A stretch of 64,000 nucleotides of DNA from Camelus dromedarius (Eukaryota). Each line of letters begins with the position of its first letter. The stretch's first letter is position 1. Below the pieces are notes generated by a model. It made no database searches. It was not told the origin of the DNA and saw nothing but the letters and a program-made list of their open reading frames with translations. Positions 37,818 through 50,786 of this stretch are shown here, piece after piece. A program made the translations under genes and the position numbers. The DNA lies in contig NC_087436.1 of assembly GCF_036321535.1 (NCBI RefSeq), positions 119,166,001 through 119,230,000 on the forward strand. The letters are read 5' to 3'.

Positions 37818-40642
37818 GTATGAGCCTCTGGGAGTTGGGGTGGTGATTTGGTGCCAGCGAGGTAAGAGGCCTCACCCATCAGTGTCTCATCGGCCCTGAT
37901 TGGAGCCCTGAGGCAGAGACAGGCCTTACCCCCACCTCCCTGACCCACCTAGACACACAGCCTGGTTCCCACCACACCACACCTCTCACCGTTGCCCACA
38001 CACACAGCAGGTTCCTGTCTCTGTGCCTTTCACTGCAGTAGTACCTTCCAGTAATACCCTCCTCACCCCTTCTCTTCCTGCAAAAGTCCTACTTATCTTG
38101 TAGTGTCACCTCCTACAGGAAGCCTTTCTTGATATTAAGGCTAGTTCAGTTGGCTCCTCCTAACCCAAGGGCCCCAGTTTTCTTCAAATAACATACAGTT
38201 ATTTTGGGCTTGTTTCCCTCAATCCTGTGTCCTGGGGGCCAGGGCCATTTTGGATACAGACAGCACAGCCTAAAAGGCGAAAGCTCTTAGAGTGAACTTA
38301 CTGCATGGCTACGTGCATATCATGGAACCATCCTCTCTCAGGAAAACAGGGATATTAATGGCGCTTAGTCCATCGAGTATAAACATGAAATGAGACAAGA
38401 AGAGCTCTTAGCCTAGCGTCTGACCCACAGGAAGGGCTCAGCAGAATGTAGATGTTAATAATTATGACATCATCACTGTCTGGTGGTATCAGGTCCCTTC
38501 CTGGACACGATCTGTGCAGGCCCTCCTGAGGAAGCTTGCTCAGGGCCTGAGGTGCCTTGAAGGCAGCACAGCATTGCCACCCCTCCCAGGCCTATCACCA
38601 CCTGCCCCTCCACGTTGAGATCCTGCAGACCTCTGTCTGCAAGCCAGCACCCCCAACCCTACACCAAGTCTTGTCTAAGAGAATCAGCAAGGATGATGTT
38701 GGCCAACTTGTTGAACCATCTAACATCTTTATTGCATTAAAAAACAGAGCTTTGAAGGACCCTTCTAGTCCTACTTCGACTTTGCACATAAGGAAAAGCC
38801 AAGGGGATTCGAGGGGGTAGGAGTGGGGGTGGAATGCGGACAGAGCACCATAATCGAGGACAGCCCAGGATCCGAACGCAGCCCCCACCTCCCAGCCAGC
38901 TTTCCCAGCACTGGCTTCCATGCTGAGCTCACTCACCTGAAGGAGTGTTTTTGGAAGGAAGAGTGGAGATGTGTGGCTATCCTCACGGGACATGTGGGAA
39001 ACCCAGGCTTAGAGGGGCATCCACTAGCTTAACATTCAACACCAGGCCAGGGAACCTAGAGCTAAGAATGTCCAAGACCTCTCCCCTGCCTTCCCTCAAC
39101 GACCAGCAGGCACAGTGCCTCAGGAGGGCTGGCCCCAGGCTGTGATTCAGAAGTTCACCTGGGTTTGGATCACAGCTCCTCCCCTCAGGCACTGGGTGGC
39201 TTTGGGTTTACGTGATGTCACTTTCCTGAGCCCCCGTTCCCTCATCGGTGAAGTGAGTTCTCAGGAGGCCTAAGGGTCACCCTTATGATGGCTGGGCGGC
39301 AACCCCTGCCCTTCTCATTTTCTTCCTCTCCAAAGAGACACCAGGAAGCCAGCTCAGGGTTGGTTCCTCCCCGAGTGTTGTTCTGACTCCCCCAGACCTG
39401 GGTTGGTTGTGCCTCTTGGGCCTCGGCCTCTCACGTGAGCGGTGGGAAGAGGGAGCTACATGGCTCTCAGGACACTCCCCATTGGATAAAGCAGTTTGGG
39501 GAAGGCTGACTTCTGGCAGAGGTGGGAGGGGCTCCGCCTAGTGGGCGGGGTGCCGGTCAAGGTGGGAGTGGAAACCTCCGTGTGGGCCTGGTTACACCTG
39601 AGGTGGGAGGGGGTACGACGATGTGGGCAGGGCTATGTTGAGACAGGAGGAGTTACGTCTGTGTGGGAGTGGCTACATCCAGGTGGGAGGGGCTGTGGAG
39701 AAGCCCTGTGGGTGGCGGGGTGGGCGGGGCTACCGGGCTGCTCCCTGGAGGAGGCACCGTTTACCCAGAGACTGGACAGCACCGAGGAGGCTTGGGTCCT
39801 GATCTGAGGGCAGCGGGATCGTGAGTGGCTTTGGCCGACTGGTGCCTGCTCAGAGCCAAGGCTGTGCAGGTCTCTGTCTGACATGGACACTCTAGGCCTG
39901 GGGGGGAGTTGGGGAGGAGCTGGGGAGGACCCGTGCACCTGGCCCCACAGCCTGTGGCCTTTCCCAGACCAAGTGACTACCCATCATGGTCTGACCCAGG
40001 TCCTGTGGGGAAAGAACAGGGAACGGAGGCCCAGCCCAGCCCCAGGAGGAGGCAGGAGGAGGGAACAGGAGGGAACACCAGACCACCTGCTGGGACACAG
40101 CCTGGCCCCAGGGGTGCTCGGCTTGTGCTCTCAGTTCAGCGTCAGGACGGCGGCCACTGGGCTCCCTTATCTCTCCCTCCCCTCCCAGCCCTCCTCGCTG
40201 GGCTGCCAGAGGGACCCCGCAGGCCTGTCCAGGGTCCCTTTCCCCTCGGAGTCACACAGCGGGGCCTCCTCCGGGTCCTGCCCTCCTCACCCTCATCTCA
40301 CTCTCCTCCCCTGAGGTCTTCCGGGGCCCTTGCTCACAAGGCCGCCCCAGAGTCCCAGGTGCACACTGGGCTTTCTTGTCCCCATCCCAGCCCTTCAGCT
40401 CCCAGGCCTCTCCACGCCTGCCCCAGGCCGGCCGGACCCTCCCACCTGCCCCGGCCCTGCAGGGCTCCTGGGCAATTGCTGGCCAGGCTGAGGTAGAAAC
40501 TTGAGATCAGTACCCGCCCTGAGCTGCCACCCTGAGTGACGTGGTAGGAATCTACCATCTCTGATCCCATCTTCCTTCTGGACCAGGGCTTGGGGGCTCC
40601 GCGGGCAGGACCTGACAGTCACTACCGGCCTTCCTCTCCCAG

Positions 40643-40833
40643 AACTCTTAAAGTCCTGGACCGGATTCTACACGTCCCGAAGCAGGCTGAAAGGCCTGGC
40701 GAGGCGAGCCAGCGCTCTGTTGTACGCCGGGGAGTCCATGTTCACACGCTGCATGTGGCCGGCTCCCTACCGGTTCCTGGACCCGGCCTGGGCCCTGAAG
40801 CGGCTCCAGCAGCTGCGCTGGGCAGTCTCGGAG
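40643..40833 (+). CDS. MAN2B2: MAN2B2 exon 8 ([13 protein letters not shown]...LRWAVSE)
   Basis: ctcccag| acceptor, 191 nt, WTGFYTSR motif, donor GAG|gtaacg. Confidence 0.95.
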
Positions 40834-41882
40834 GTAACGCCCACGTCTCGGCCACAGCACAGGATTGGAACCCCCTGGCGGTGCACTTCCCCTCCCAAGG
40901 TCACAGACCCTCCCAGGCCCCGGTCACTAGAGTCCACTTTACAGATGAGAACACTGAGGTCTCCTTGGGTCACGAGGCCCGTGCGTGAAGCCGCTGGGCC
41001 AAGGCGAGGACCATGGGCTGCCGGTGTCCACCTCGTGGGTTCAATAAGCTTTAGAGCCAGACTCAAGGGCAAAGTGGAGAAGCACTGGTGTCCAACATTC
41101 CTGCCTGGATTTGATATCAGCTCACTTCTGGGCCCCAGGCAGGTGGCTTTCCTTCTCTGAGCCCTAATTCCATTCTTGTATAATGAAAATCACTGAGGGC
41201 GGCAATTAAATGTGGTAATGCACATAAGCCTCTGGCCTCGGTGGCTGCCACAAAGGAACTTGTTCATAAACTTCTGCCTCTATTTGACCCCACTGTACAG
41301 ATGGGGAAACTGAGACCCAAGAAGTCCTGTATCTTGTCTCATCACACAATCAGAATTGAGTTACACGGGCCATGACATTCGTGTTACCTAAAGGGAATTG
41401 CTGGCAGAACCAGTCACTGTGTGGGGTGAAGTGGATTGACTTTAGTGTCCCTCACAGTGGGCGGAATCGTGGCTTCCCTTCATGGAGCCTCAGTTTCTCC
41501 TCTGTGAAGAGGAGTTAATCCTATCCTTACACAGTGGAGACAAGTGCCAGGGTTATGTGTGGAGCGGTGGAGCAGGCTAGCAGCACTTACGGGAAGACTG
41601 GGTCATGGAGGTGAAGCGGGGGTGGCTGCCCTGCAGAAGTCTGTTCCCTGCCCAAGGTCAAGGACTCAGGTATGGGTTTCCACAAGGTCAGAAAACGTTG
41701 GGCAAGTTCATCAGCCTCTCTGACTTCAGCTTCCTCTTCTGTAAAGGGTGGGGAACCCCACCTTCTCCACCAGCAGCTGGCCAGCAGGATGAGAGCCAGT
41801 GCCCAGCGGGTGCCAAGATAGTAGGCGCTCGGCAGAGGCAGGTCCTGACCCCACTCCTCCCCTGCTTGGCCGGGGGCTGCAG

Positions 41883-42021
41883 GTCCAGCACCACGACGGC
41901 ATCACTGGGACTCACACCCCCAACGTGACAGACATGTTAGTGGAACATCTGAGCGCAGGGGTGCAGGGTGTGCACAAGCTGATGGCCTCCATCATCCAGG
42001 ACAGGACCCCAGCCCACTCAG
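41883..42021 (+). CDS. MAN2B2: MAN2B2 exon 9 ([10 protein letters not shown]...TPAHS)
   Basis: ctgcag| acceptor, 139 nt, HHD Zn-ligand motif, donor CAG|gtaagc. Confidence 0.95.
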
Positions 42022-43617
42022 GTAAGCGAGGCCCCTGAGGTGGACGCGGTGGTCGGGCAGGGGCTCTGTCCTTTTCTGAGAAGAGTTCCTGGGGGCTGGG
42101 GAGGGGTCCAGACCGCCTGAGCTTCAGACTCTGGGTGTCCATCCCAGCTGTGGCCCCTAACCTGGCTGTGCGCTTGGGCAGGGGACTCACTTCTCGGAGG
42201 CTCTGTTTCCTCTCTGTGACTGAGGGAGGGCCGGTGTGACAGTTAGAGGCAGGAACAATGCTAACAGGGCCTGGCATCTGCTCAGCACTCCTCATGCAGA
42301 ATTTAATGTGTTGCCTCACACATCTCTGAAGCTGGAACTGTTACCGTCCTCACTGTATAGCTGAGGACACGCACAGACAGAGGGCTGTGGACCTGCCCAG
42401 GGTCACACAGGTAGGGTGTGGACCCTTAGGCCTGTGCTGCCCAGCGTTGCAGAGAGGATGCAGGTGTCCTCAGGGACCTGGCCCAGCCTGGCTCCCAGCA
42501 CTGGCTCCTGAGCTCAGCCTGGGCACAGATCGTGGCAGGGCTGCCACTGCACCAGCCCCTTTGATCTGAGGGTTTCACCTGTGGGGAGCGGCTCATCGCA
42601 CCCGTTTGCTTGGCACCGAGGGGATTCACCCCAGAGAGTCCTGGGCAACGAAGGACACGCTGGTCTCCCCACAAGTGCACGAGATTTTTTGTCCCCAAGG
42701 CGGCTGCTCCATCCCCAGGGCTCCACACTCAGGCCACTCTCGGTCACTGTGCAGCTCCCCTGTGTCCTCACCGTTCACCTGACCTGCTCTTCCTTCCCCT
42801 CAGGGTCTAGTTATAATCCCATTCTAGCTTCGGACTCGGGAAGGGCCCTGGGGACCAAGGGTGCAGGTGACAGGACCCTGTCCACAGAGACGAGGATCCA
42901 AGGACAGACAGTCTCAGAAAGAGAGCTAGAACTGGGGTTGGATTCCCTTCCGGGGGGGGGTGCACTCCATCCCCCTGAGCTCACAAGGGCGGCTCCCCCG
43001 AGCAAGGGGGAGGTGGAGACACCAGAAGGGCATCACAGCCCCGGAACTGCCGGGCAGAGACTGGCGGCTGGAACCGTGTGATGTGCTCAGGGACCTGGGG
43101 GTCATCGGACGTGGATGCGCTTAGGGCACATGCGGTACAGGATGGAACAGATAGGGAATCCAGACCCACTTCGCAGGGGCCTCCAGTGCTGAGCTAGGTG
43201 ATTGAACTTGACCCTCCAGGCTCCAGAGAATTCCCCACTCCTTGAATGCCAAGCGCTCAAAGCTTTGGAGCCGGGCCCTAGGAGCTGGGCCACCTTGGGC
43301 AGGTGACTCTACCCCTCTGGGCCTTGGTGTCCTCACCAGTGAAGTGGGGCTGGCAGGGAGAGATGCGTGAGGAGCCCATGGACCCTGAGCTTCCAGAGGG
43401 ACACTGCGTTCTGTTCCCACCTCCCCTGCCTGGGGGCCAGGGCGGCAGGATGAAGAGAGTGTGGGGCGCTGCGTGCGTGAGCACCACGTGTCTGCATGTC
43501 CCTCTCCCCCGGGCTCTGCAGGGCCGGCCTCACCTGCCTGTTTCTCATCTTCCCTGGTGCACTCACGTGTGCCGAGTGAGTCAGATGGCAGCAATAAAGC
43601 CTTGCCTCTGTGTGCAG

Positions 43618-43751
43618 GCCCAGAGCCTGGGGGCCTCTTTGCCGTGGTCTACAACCCCCTGGCCTGGACAGTCACCACCATCGTCACCCTGACTGTGGGC
43701 TTCTCTGAGGTCAGCGTCACGGACGAGTCAGGCCGCCCGGTGCCTGCACAG
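43618..43751 (+). CDS. MAN2B2: MAN2B2 exon 10 ([17 protein letters not shown]...PVPAQ)
   Basis: gtgcag| acceptor, 134 nt, VYNPLAW motif, donor CAG|gtatgg. Confidence 0.95.
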
Positions 43752-45318
43752 GTATGGGCGGGAGCTGCGGCCGGAGGTGCACCTGCTCTGGGCTGGGCAC
43801 CCACAGAAGTGGGAGCCTTTAAAGTGAAGAGGTGACAACCCCACTGTCACTGTGAGAACATTGTCATTGGGGTGGGCATCCATCAGGGTCACTGGGATCC
43901 ACCCAGGGGACTGACTTTGGGCATCTGATTTGGCCAAAAATGACTCTTCTGTTCTCTCCCGGGAAGGTCTCAGGGAGGTCTGGGCGGCACGGGAGGCGCC
44001 CCCTCCTCTGTTGCATGTCGAATAGATACATCCTGAGGAATTTCCACTTTGTGTGGGGAAGGCCGTCGGGATTCTTAAAGCAGATGTTGAAAGAGGCGCT
44101 GCATTAGGGGCTGGGCACGGGCGGCCTGTCTCTGCGACACCCAGACAGGCAGCGGCAGAGTGTGGTCCTCATCTCCTTCCAGGACCTGGAGCTGGAGGTG
44201 CTTCCAGAGGGCACCTACCTGTCAGCCAGCCGACCCTCCAGGGGAGAGGCAGAGAAGGTGCAGCCGTGAGGCAGACATTCAGGGAACACTCTCCAGTGCC
44301 CATTTTGGGCCTGGGCCTGGGCTGAGTGCTGGGCTCTGGACACTGGAGTCACCGCGGGGGTCAGGGAGCAGACACAGGAACGGAGAGTCAAGGTGTGCAG
44401 CGGTCACCCGCGGGCCTGGGCAGCAGCCCTCAGCTGGGCCAGGAGGCGGAGGAAGCAGCTCCCCTCCGTGGACGCGGGGGAGAAGAGGGTGCTGGCTTGA
44501 GCAGACTCAGCACATGCACCCCTTCCGCACCCACAGGCAACACCCACCAAGAGTAAAGGCACTTAAATGTTCCTGGAGCGCCTGCTGTGTGTCAGGCCTC
44601 ACTCTAGGTGCTGGAGAAGCTTCAGTAACCAAGGAGACAAAGTGCCTGCCCTCAGGGCTCATGTTCTAGCAGGGGAACCAGGCAGGAAACAAAATAAGAA
44701 AATACAGCCCGTACTGGATGGTAACTGTGGCGGAGGGAAGCCTTCAGCACAGCTGTGGGGGGTGTGCGGTGGGACAGTGTAGCTGCTTTAGTTCAGAGAA
44801 AGGCCAGGTGGAGGGGCTCAGAGAGGCACCTTTTCTCTAGAGAGTGAGGGTCCCCCCTGCGGGTCCTCGGTGTCCTCCTCCGACCCCCTTCCTTAATCAG
44901 ACAATGTGGGGGTGGGGAAAGGGCAGGAGGGAAACCCTGAACACCTCCCCCCACGGGGAAGTTGGAGGAATGAGAGACAAGGGCGCTCCCTCCAAAAAGG
45001 ATGCCCCGCAGGCAGAGGGGACAGTGTGAGCACAGGCTCAGGGCAGGACACTGCAGCGAGGGCCGGACAGAAAGGCGGCCAGTTTGCAGGCCCCAGAGCA
45101 GAAGGGGGGCAGGAGGGAGAGGAGGCTGGGCCTGGGTCCTGCCGAGCAGGGAGGGTGCAGGGAGGGGACCCAGCTCAGCCCAGGGATGGACGACCCTGCT
45201 GCCTCAGCGGGCAGCAGGCACTCCATCCTGTGGGCGTGCAGCCGCGGGTTACTAAGGACACTGAGGCATCTTCCAGTCCTGACGTCCATCATTTCATCCC
45301 ATCCCGCTGGCCGTGCAG

Positions 45319-45593
45319 GTCCAGAAGTCAGAGGATACCCCACCCGCACATGCCCTGCACGTGCTGACCACGATCCCGGGGCTCAGCTACCAGCACTACA
45401 GCATCAGGCCCATCGAGAGGGCCCATGAGGACACCCAGGAGGCTGTCGCCACCGTGACCAGCGCCATCCAGTTTGGCCGCAGGCTCAGGGGACGTGCCAG
45501 GCACTTGGGCAGGCGCCTGGTGCCTGTGAAGAATGACTGCTACACTGTGTTCCTGGACCAGGAGACCAACCTGATGCACAGCGTCTGGGAGAG
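45319..45593 (+). CDS. MAN2B2: MAN2B2 exon 11 (VQKSEDT...NLMHSVWE-R)
   Basis: gtgcag| acceptor, 275 nt, donor GAG|gtgagg. Confidence 0.94.
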
Positions 45594-45897
45594 GTGAGGT
45601 GCAGCCACCGCTGGCTCTGAGGCGAGGAGCGCCCTGGGGCCTGGCGTGCCCTGCCCGCACCGGGCCTGCATTTCCTCCCCGGCCTGGGGGCCTGGGAAGG
45701 ACCTGCTGGTGCTGAAGGCCCTCAGTGCCGAGCTGATGTCCAGGCGTGCGCGCCTAGGCTAGGGCAAGGAAGGCTTTCCTGAGCTTGTTCATTTCTAAGG
45801 TGTGAATCCACGGAAAAAGGAATGTTGAGAGATCCTCCCTGGGGGAAATATAGTAGTCATGGTACCCACTATTTTAAATTTGGAGAAACATAAAATC

Positions 45898-45975
45898 CAT
45901 GCATCCACCCATCCATCTTCCATCCACACACCCGTCCATCCACCCCGCCATCCGTCTGTCCACCCATTTATTCAC
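45898..45975. repeat. (CATC)n degenerate microsatellite
   Basis: Directly visible. Confidence 0.8.
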
Positions 45976-46620
45976 ATGTTTAATCAACAGCAGCTATTGG
46001 TTGACAGCAGAGAAGGCATCTGACCCCCAGGAAAGGCCTCCCAGTGTTTGGAGCACCCCCTGCCCCGTCCATCCTCCTGTCACATCCCAGGCAGTTTTCA
46101 TTCCTCCTCAGCGGCCTCTTCCAAGACAGCCACTTCTGTTTCCTCATGTGCCTCCTGACAGGAGCAGAGTTTGGGAGGAACAGGAAGCTTGGGAGGAGCC
46201 CCTGGCAGAAAGCCAAGGGGAGGAAGGAGGCGGAAGGGGGAGACAGGAGAGGAGGGAGAGGGGGCGTTGGCGTGACGGGAGTGTCACCTGGAGCTCAGTC
46301 AGCTGTCAGCAGCTGTGCAGGCACAGACCAGGACTCCCCTCACGGGGCTCAGCGGAAGTCCAGTCCTTCAGTCAGACAGCACGAGGCGGGGAGGCGGGGA
46401 CGACAATGGTCTAGAGGCTTGTCTACAAACCAGGTGCATGTGTGTCATCGAGTGTCCTCGAAACTGTCCCTTAGGCTCTGTGGAGGGTATTTTTGTTCAC
46501 TCCTGGTTCGAGGCTGGTGTCTGCATACAGGGATTGTGAGCGTGGTTCCCAGCACAGGGATAATGCCCGAGAGACATTGTCCCCCACGGTCATACTGGTT
46601 TCTCTCTCCCGCCTCTGCAG

Positions 46621-46812
46621 GCAGAGTAACCGCACAGTACGCGTGACCCAGGAGTTCATGGAGTACCACGTGAACGGTGATGAGGAAGACGGTCTTATTT
46701 CAGATAATTACGTGTTTACGCCCAAAGGTGCCGCAGAGCCAGCGTGGGAAGCTGTGGGGATGGAGATCGTAGAGGGGCGGCTCATGACCGAGATCCGGCA
46801 GTTCTTCTACAG
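46621..46812 (+). CDS. MAN2B2: MAN2B2 exon 12 ([12 protein letters not shown]...SDNYVFTP...EIRQFFY-R)
   Basis: ctctgcag| acceptor, 192 nt, donor CAG|gtgagg. Confidence 0.95.
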
Positions 46813-47279
46813 GTGAGGTCGGCCCCTCTGGCTGTGCGCAGAGGACGCTGGCTGGGCAGGTGCTTGGGGAAATGAGGGTCCATCCTTGCTGCAGATGCCC
46901 AGCTCCTAGTTCTGTGCTTGGCACTCGGTCGTTCCTCGATGAAAGTTTAATGAAGTGATGAACTGCCCCGAATCTCTGCAGACCTGGCTGTGCTGTGTCA
47001 TCTTGGTGCATCTAAGTCCAGAGGTGGGACCAGCACCCATAGTGGCAGTGACTTACATACCAGAGCAGCTCTGGTGTTCTCATTAACAGCACAGACATGA
47101 GCCACCCAGGTTGGCTGGTGCTCAGCACTATCAGGGACCCGGGCTCTCTGCCTGCCCTGCACTGCCTGCAGCAAGGAGGGAGGGAGGGAAGTAAGGTAGG
47201 AAGGAAAGAAGGTGACACAGGAAAAAATGTGGGGCGAGAAAATGACCACGTCCCAGCTCTCAGCTGAGTCTATGGGACA

Positions 47280-47800
47280 CACCCCACCACGTGTGCGTCC
47301 TAGGCTTCAAGCAGGAAAGATTCGAGGGTGAGCCACGGCTCAGTAAAGGTGGGTTTATTCTGAAAGCTACATACTCCATAGACAGAATGCGGGCTATTTC
47401 AGAAGGCAAGGGAAAGGCTGTGAGGCGTGGGGTTGGATGCTCAGTTTAAAGCAGAAGTGGACTCACACTCCGCAGACAGCGTGCGGGCGTCTCGCTCAGG
47501 AGCGCGAGCGGCCCCGGGGTGCGGGGCTGCTAGTTTTTACGGGCTCAGTAACTTTATATGCTAACAAATGGGAGGGTTTTTCCAACTACTTTGGGGAAGA
47601 GGCTGGGATTCGCAGTAGCTGAGCCACCACCCACTTTTTGACCTTTTATTGTCAGCCTCAGAAGTGTCCTGGCGCCCGTGGGGAGACTCATTCACCACGT
47701 TCACGGGCTACAGTGGGCGTGTGGTGAGCGCGAGTCTCCTGGAAGTCAGGTCTCCTGCCATCCTGGGCCTCGGGGCCTGCTGGGAGCGGGATCTTCCGCT
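47280..47800 (-). mobile_element. Solo ERV1-type LTR in intron 12
   Basis: Minus-strand AATAAA (tttatt near 47354), internal duplication (actccatagacagaatgcgggc / actccgcagacagcgtgcgggc), LTR-like tatatgctaa...ttccaactactttgggga motifs. Confidence 0.6.
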
Positions 47801-47921
47801 CTCCTGGTGTTGGCTGCTGTTCCTCCTTGAATGGCCGTGCCCTCCCCCTTCCTTCCTGTCCAAAGGCAGGGCCGTCCAGAAGCTGCCAGAGCTTGACTCA
47901 CCCACTCTGCTTCCCCTCCAG

Positions 47922-48174
47922 GCAGGTGAACGACACTGACCACACACACGCCATCTACACCCGGCTGGCCCGCGGGCCTCAGGGCTCTGGCGGGGAGCTG
48001 CTCTGCCACCGCATAGAGCAGGAGTGCCGGGTGGGCCCCTTGGAGCTGAACCGCGAGGCCATCCTGAGGACCAGCACCGATCTGAACACTCAGCGGGTTC
48101 TCTACTCGGACAACAACGGCTACCAGATGCAGCGCAGGACCTACAGAAACTACGCGAACAACAGTGTCTCCCGG
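47922..48174 (+). CDS. MAN2B2: MAN2B2 exon 13 (QVNDTD...[12 protein letters not shown]...VSR)
   Basis: cctccag| acceptor, 253 nt, YSDNNG motif, donor CGG|gtaggc. Confidence 0.95.
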
Positions 48175-49329
48175 GTAGGCCCTGCGGCGCCCCGTGGGCA
48201 CAGGGCCCGCAGACGCAGCGCCGATGGCGCTTCTGCAGCGGGCGGGAGGGACCCCTGTGAGCGCCCACGGTCAGCAGCGGAGTCTAGAGCGTCTCTCTGA
48301 ACCTCCGCTGCCCGACATGTGCCGTTAGTGGGTGAGGCCCAGGCTTGTTCAGACCTGTGCCCGAGCTCTGGTGCCACCGCGTGTGAGGGAAGTCTCTGAG
48401 GTCTCCTGTGTGCCCCTCGGGTCCTCGTCTGTCAGATGAGCGCCTCACTGGGGGTCACTCTGGGGATAAGCAGATGATGCCTGTCTAGGCCTGAGCGGGG
48501 TTGGACCCTCACTGGCTCCTCTCAGTAGACCCACTGCCAGGCCGCTTGGTGAAATGGCAAACACAGCCTCAATTCCGAAATCAGTTCAGCTCCCAGACCC
48601 TTTGCATCCAGCAGAGTGACCAAGGGCAGGTCACCTGGCTTCCCTGGGCTTCTGTGCTCTTCTGGGAAAGGAAGTGACCTCCCCTCAGAAATCTGGGGGT
48701 CAGCTGGGACATCCAGGTGCAGGGCTGTGCGGGGCACCTCTTATGCCTCAATCAGCGTTAGCTCCTCCTCCTTCCAGGGGACCCCGTGTGGGGGTTGTGG
48801 CCCCTTCCTGCTCTACCTTCCTTGAGTTTCATTCCCCGTCATTTCTATTGGCTGCTTCTCACCCACTGTGGCCGAGGCTCCAGAGAGACCAAGGCCGTCA
48901 GCCCAGGACGTCTTGCCCCAACAGAGCAAAGAGCATGGGCTCTGCGACCACTGTTCCAGCCCGGACACAGGCCCTTTTCTATCTCGCAACCAGCGGCCGA
49001 GGGCTGATCTCAGCCTGGACTGGCACACACCCCTTCATTCCCCCCTGAAGGAGTTGTGTGGGGTGGTTTGACCCCATGTTACAGATCGGGAAACTGAGGC
49101 TTAGGCATCTGAGTCCCCATCTCATATGGTCAAGAAGCAGAAGAGCTGAATTTCAATCCAAGTCGGTCAGTCTAAAACGTCAGATCCCCAAACCCTGGCC
49201 ACCAACACCACACTGAGCAGCCACCGTGCCTGTGCGGGAGGCTGGCTCGGGGGCCAGAGGTGATCCAGACCAGGTGTCCTACCAGGCCCTTGGCCCCTAC
49301 AGCCAGCCTGGCAGTGTTTCTGTCCACAG

Positions 49330-49440
49330 AATTACTACCCCATGGCCCAGGCGGCCTTCATCCAGGACAGAGGCAGCCGGCTCGTGCTGCTGTCGGAGCG
49401 GGCCCACGGCGTCTCCAGCCAGAGGAGCGGGCAGGTGGAG
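49330..49440 (+). CDS. MAN2B2: MAN2B2 exon 14 ([11 protein letters not shown]...GQVE)
   Basis: ccacag| acceptor, 111 nt, NYYPM motif, donor GAG|gtagga. Confidence 0.95.
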
Positions 49441-49517
49441 GTAGGAGGAGGCCCCTCCGGACCCCCGGGGGCGCGGCAGGGGCGAGGCGGGGCCTGTCAC
49501 ACAGCTCTTCCCTGCAG

Positions 49518-49710
49518 GTCATGCTCCACCGGCGGCTCTGGAACAACTTCGACTGGGCCTTGTGGGACAACCTCACACTGAACGACACCACCGTTGTCCG
49601 CCCTGTGCTCTGGCTGCTGCTGGGACCCCGCACACTCACCGCCGGCCTGCGCCAGAGGAGTGGGCTGGCGCTGCGGCACAGGCCCGTGGTGCTGCTGAGA
49701 GAGCTGAATG
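49518..49710 (+). CDS. MAN2B2: MAN2B2 exon 15 ([10 protein letters not shown]...LRELN)
   Basis: Follows a 77-nt intron; cctgcag| acceptor, 193 nt, MLHRRL motif, donor ATG|gtaagg. Confidence 0.95.
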
Positions 49711-50309
49711 GTAAGGGGGTCCTCTCAGTGCTTGTGTCGTCTCGGCCCAGAGGGAGCCGGCCTGGCCGGGGGTGGGGACGGGCTTGCGCCCTCAGGGATC
49801 TGGGCTACCTCGGGGCAGGAAGGGACTCAGGGACCTCTGATCCCAGCCCCTCATTTGAAATATGGGCAAACTGAGGTGCAGAGAGGCTCAGCGCCTCATT
49901 CAAGGTCATATGCTAGTCAGCGCACACCTGGGACTCAGCTCCTCCCTCCACACACCTTTTCCCTGCGTCGCCTCCCTTTTCCCCTCTGACGTCCCTTTCT
50001 CTTTATCAATATGATGCAAGTCCACCTCTTACTTCGGGTCCGGAGGCTCAGCATTTAAAAGACTGGTTTTACCTAAATTAAGCATGCCGTCACCAGGTGA
50101 GGGCGATTCTTACCCATGTTCTGATCTGCAAGGTTTTTATATTTCTTGCACTGCGACTACTATAGATGCACATCCGTCCAGTGTGGTATATTTACTGACA
50201 CAGTGGACCATGAAATTCATTAAACAATGATTTCTGTTAAAGATGGTGCTATGGAGAAGCCTTAAAAATTTAAAGACTTAGGTAAAATATGGGATCCTCA
50301 TTCTCACTA

Positions 50310-50786
50310 CAGGCGCACCTTACTTCACATTCTTCCCTTTATTGAGCTTTGAAGATACTGCTTTGTGTGTGTGTGTGACAAATTGGAGGTTATGGCAACC
50401 TTGCATAGAGCAGTCTACTGGCACCATTCCTCGAGCCACATTTGCTCAGTTCCCATCTCTGTGTCACAATATTTCAAATATCTCATTGTATTAGATTTGT
50501 TATGGGGATCTGGGATCAGTGATCTTAATGTTGTAACTGCAAAAGATATGCAATTTGCTGTAGGTTCAGTTAATGTAACATTTTTAGCAATGAAGACTTT
50601 TTAAATTAAGTTTTAAACATTGTTCCTGTTAGATACATTGCTATCCCACACTTAATAGACGACAGTGTAGTGTAACTGTATTTTCACATGCACTGGAAAA
50701 TGCAAAAGCCATTGATGCCTTAATTGGGACATTTGGTTTATTGCGGTGGTTGAACCCAAACCCACAGTATTTCCAAGGTTTGGCTG
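50310..50786 (+). mobile_element. Second Tigger1 derivative (intron 15)
   Basis: TA|CAGGCGCACCT...GGTTTGGCTG|TA; colinear with 13665-14117. Confidence 0.8.
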
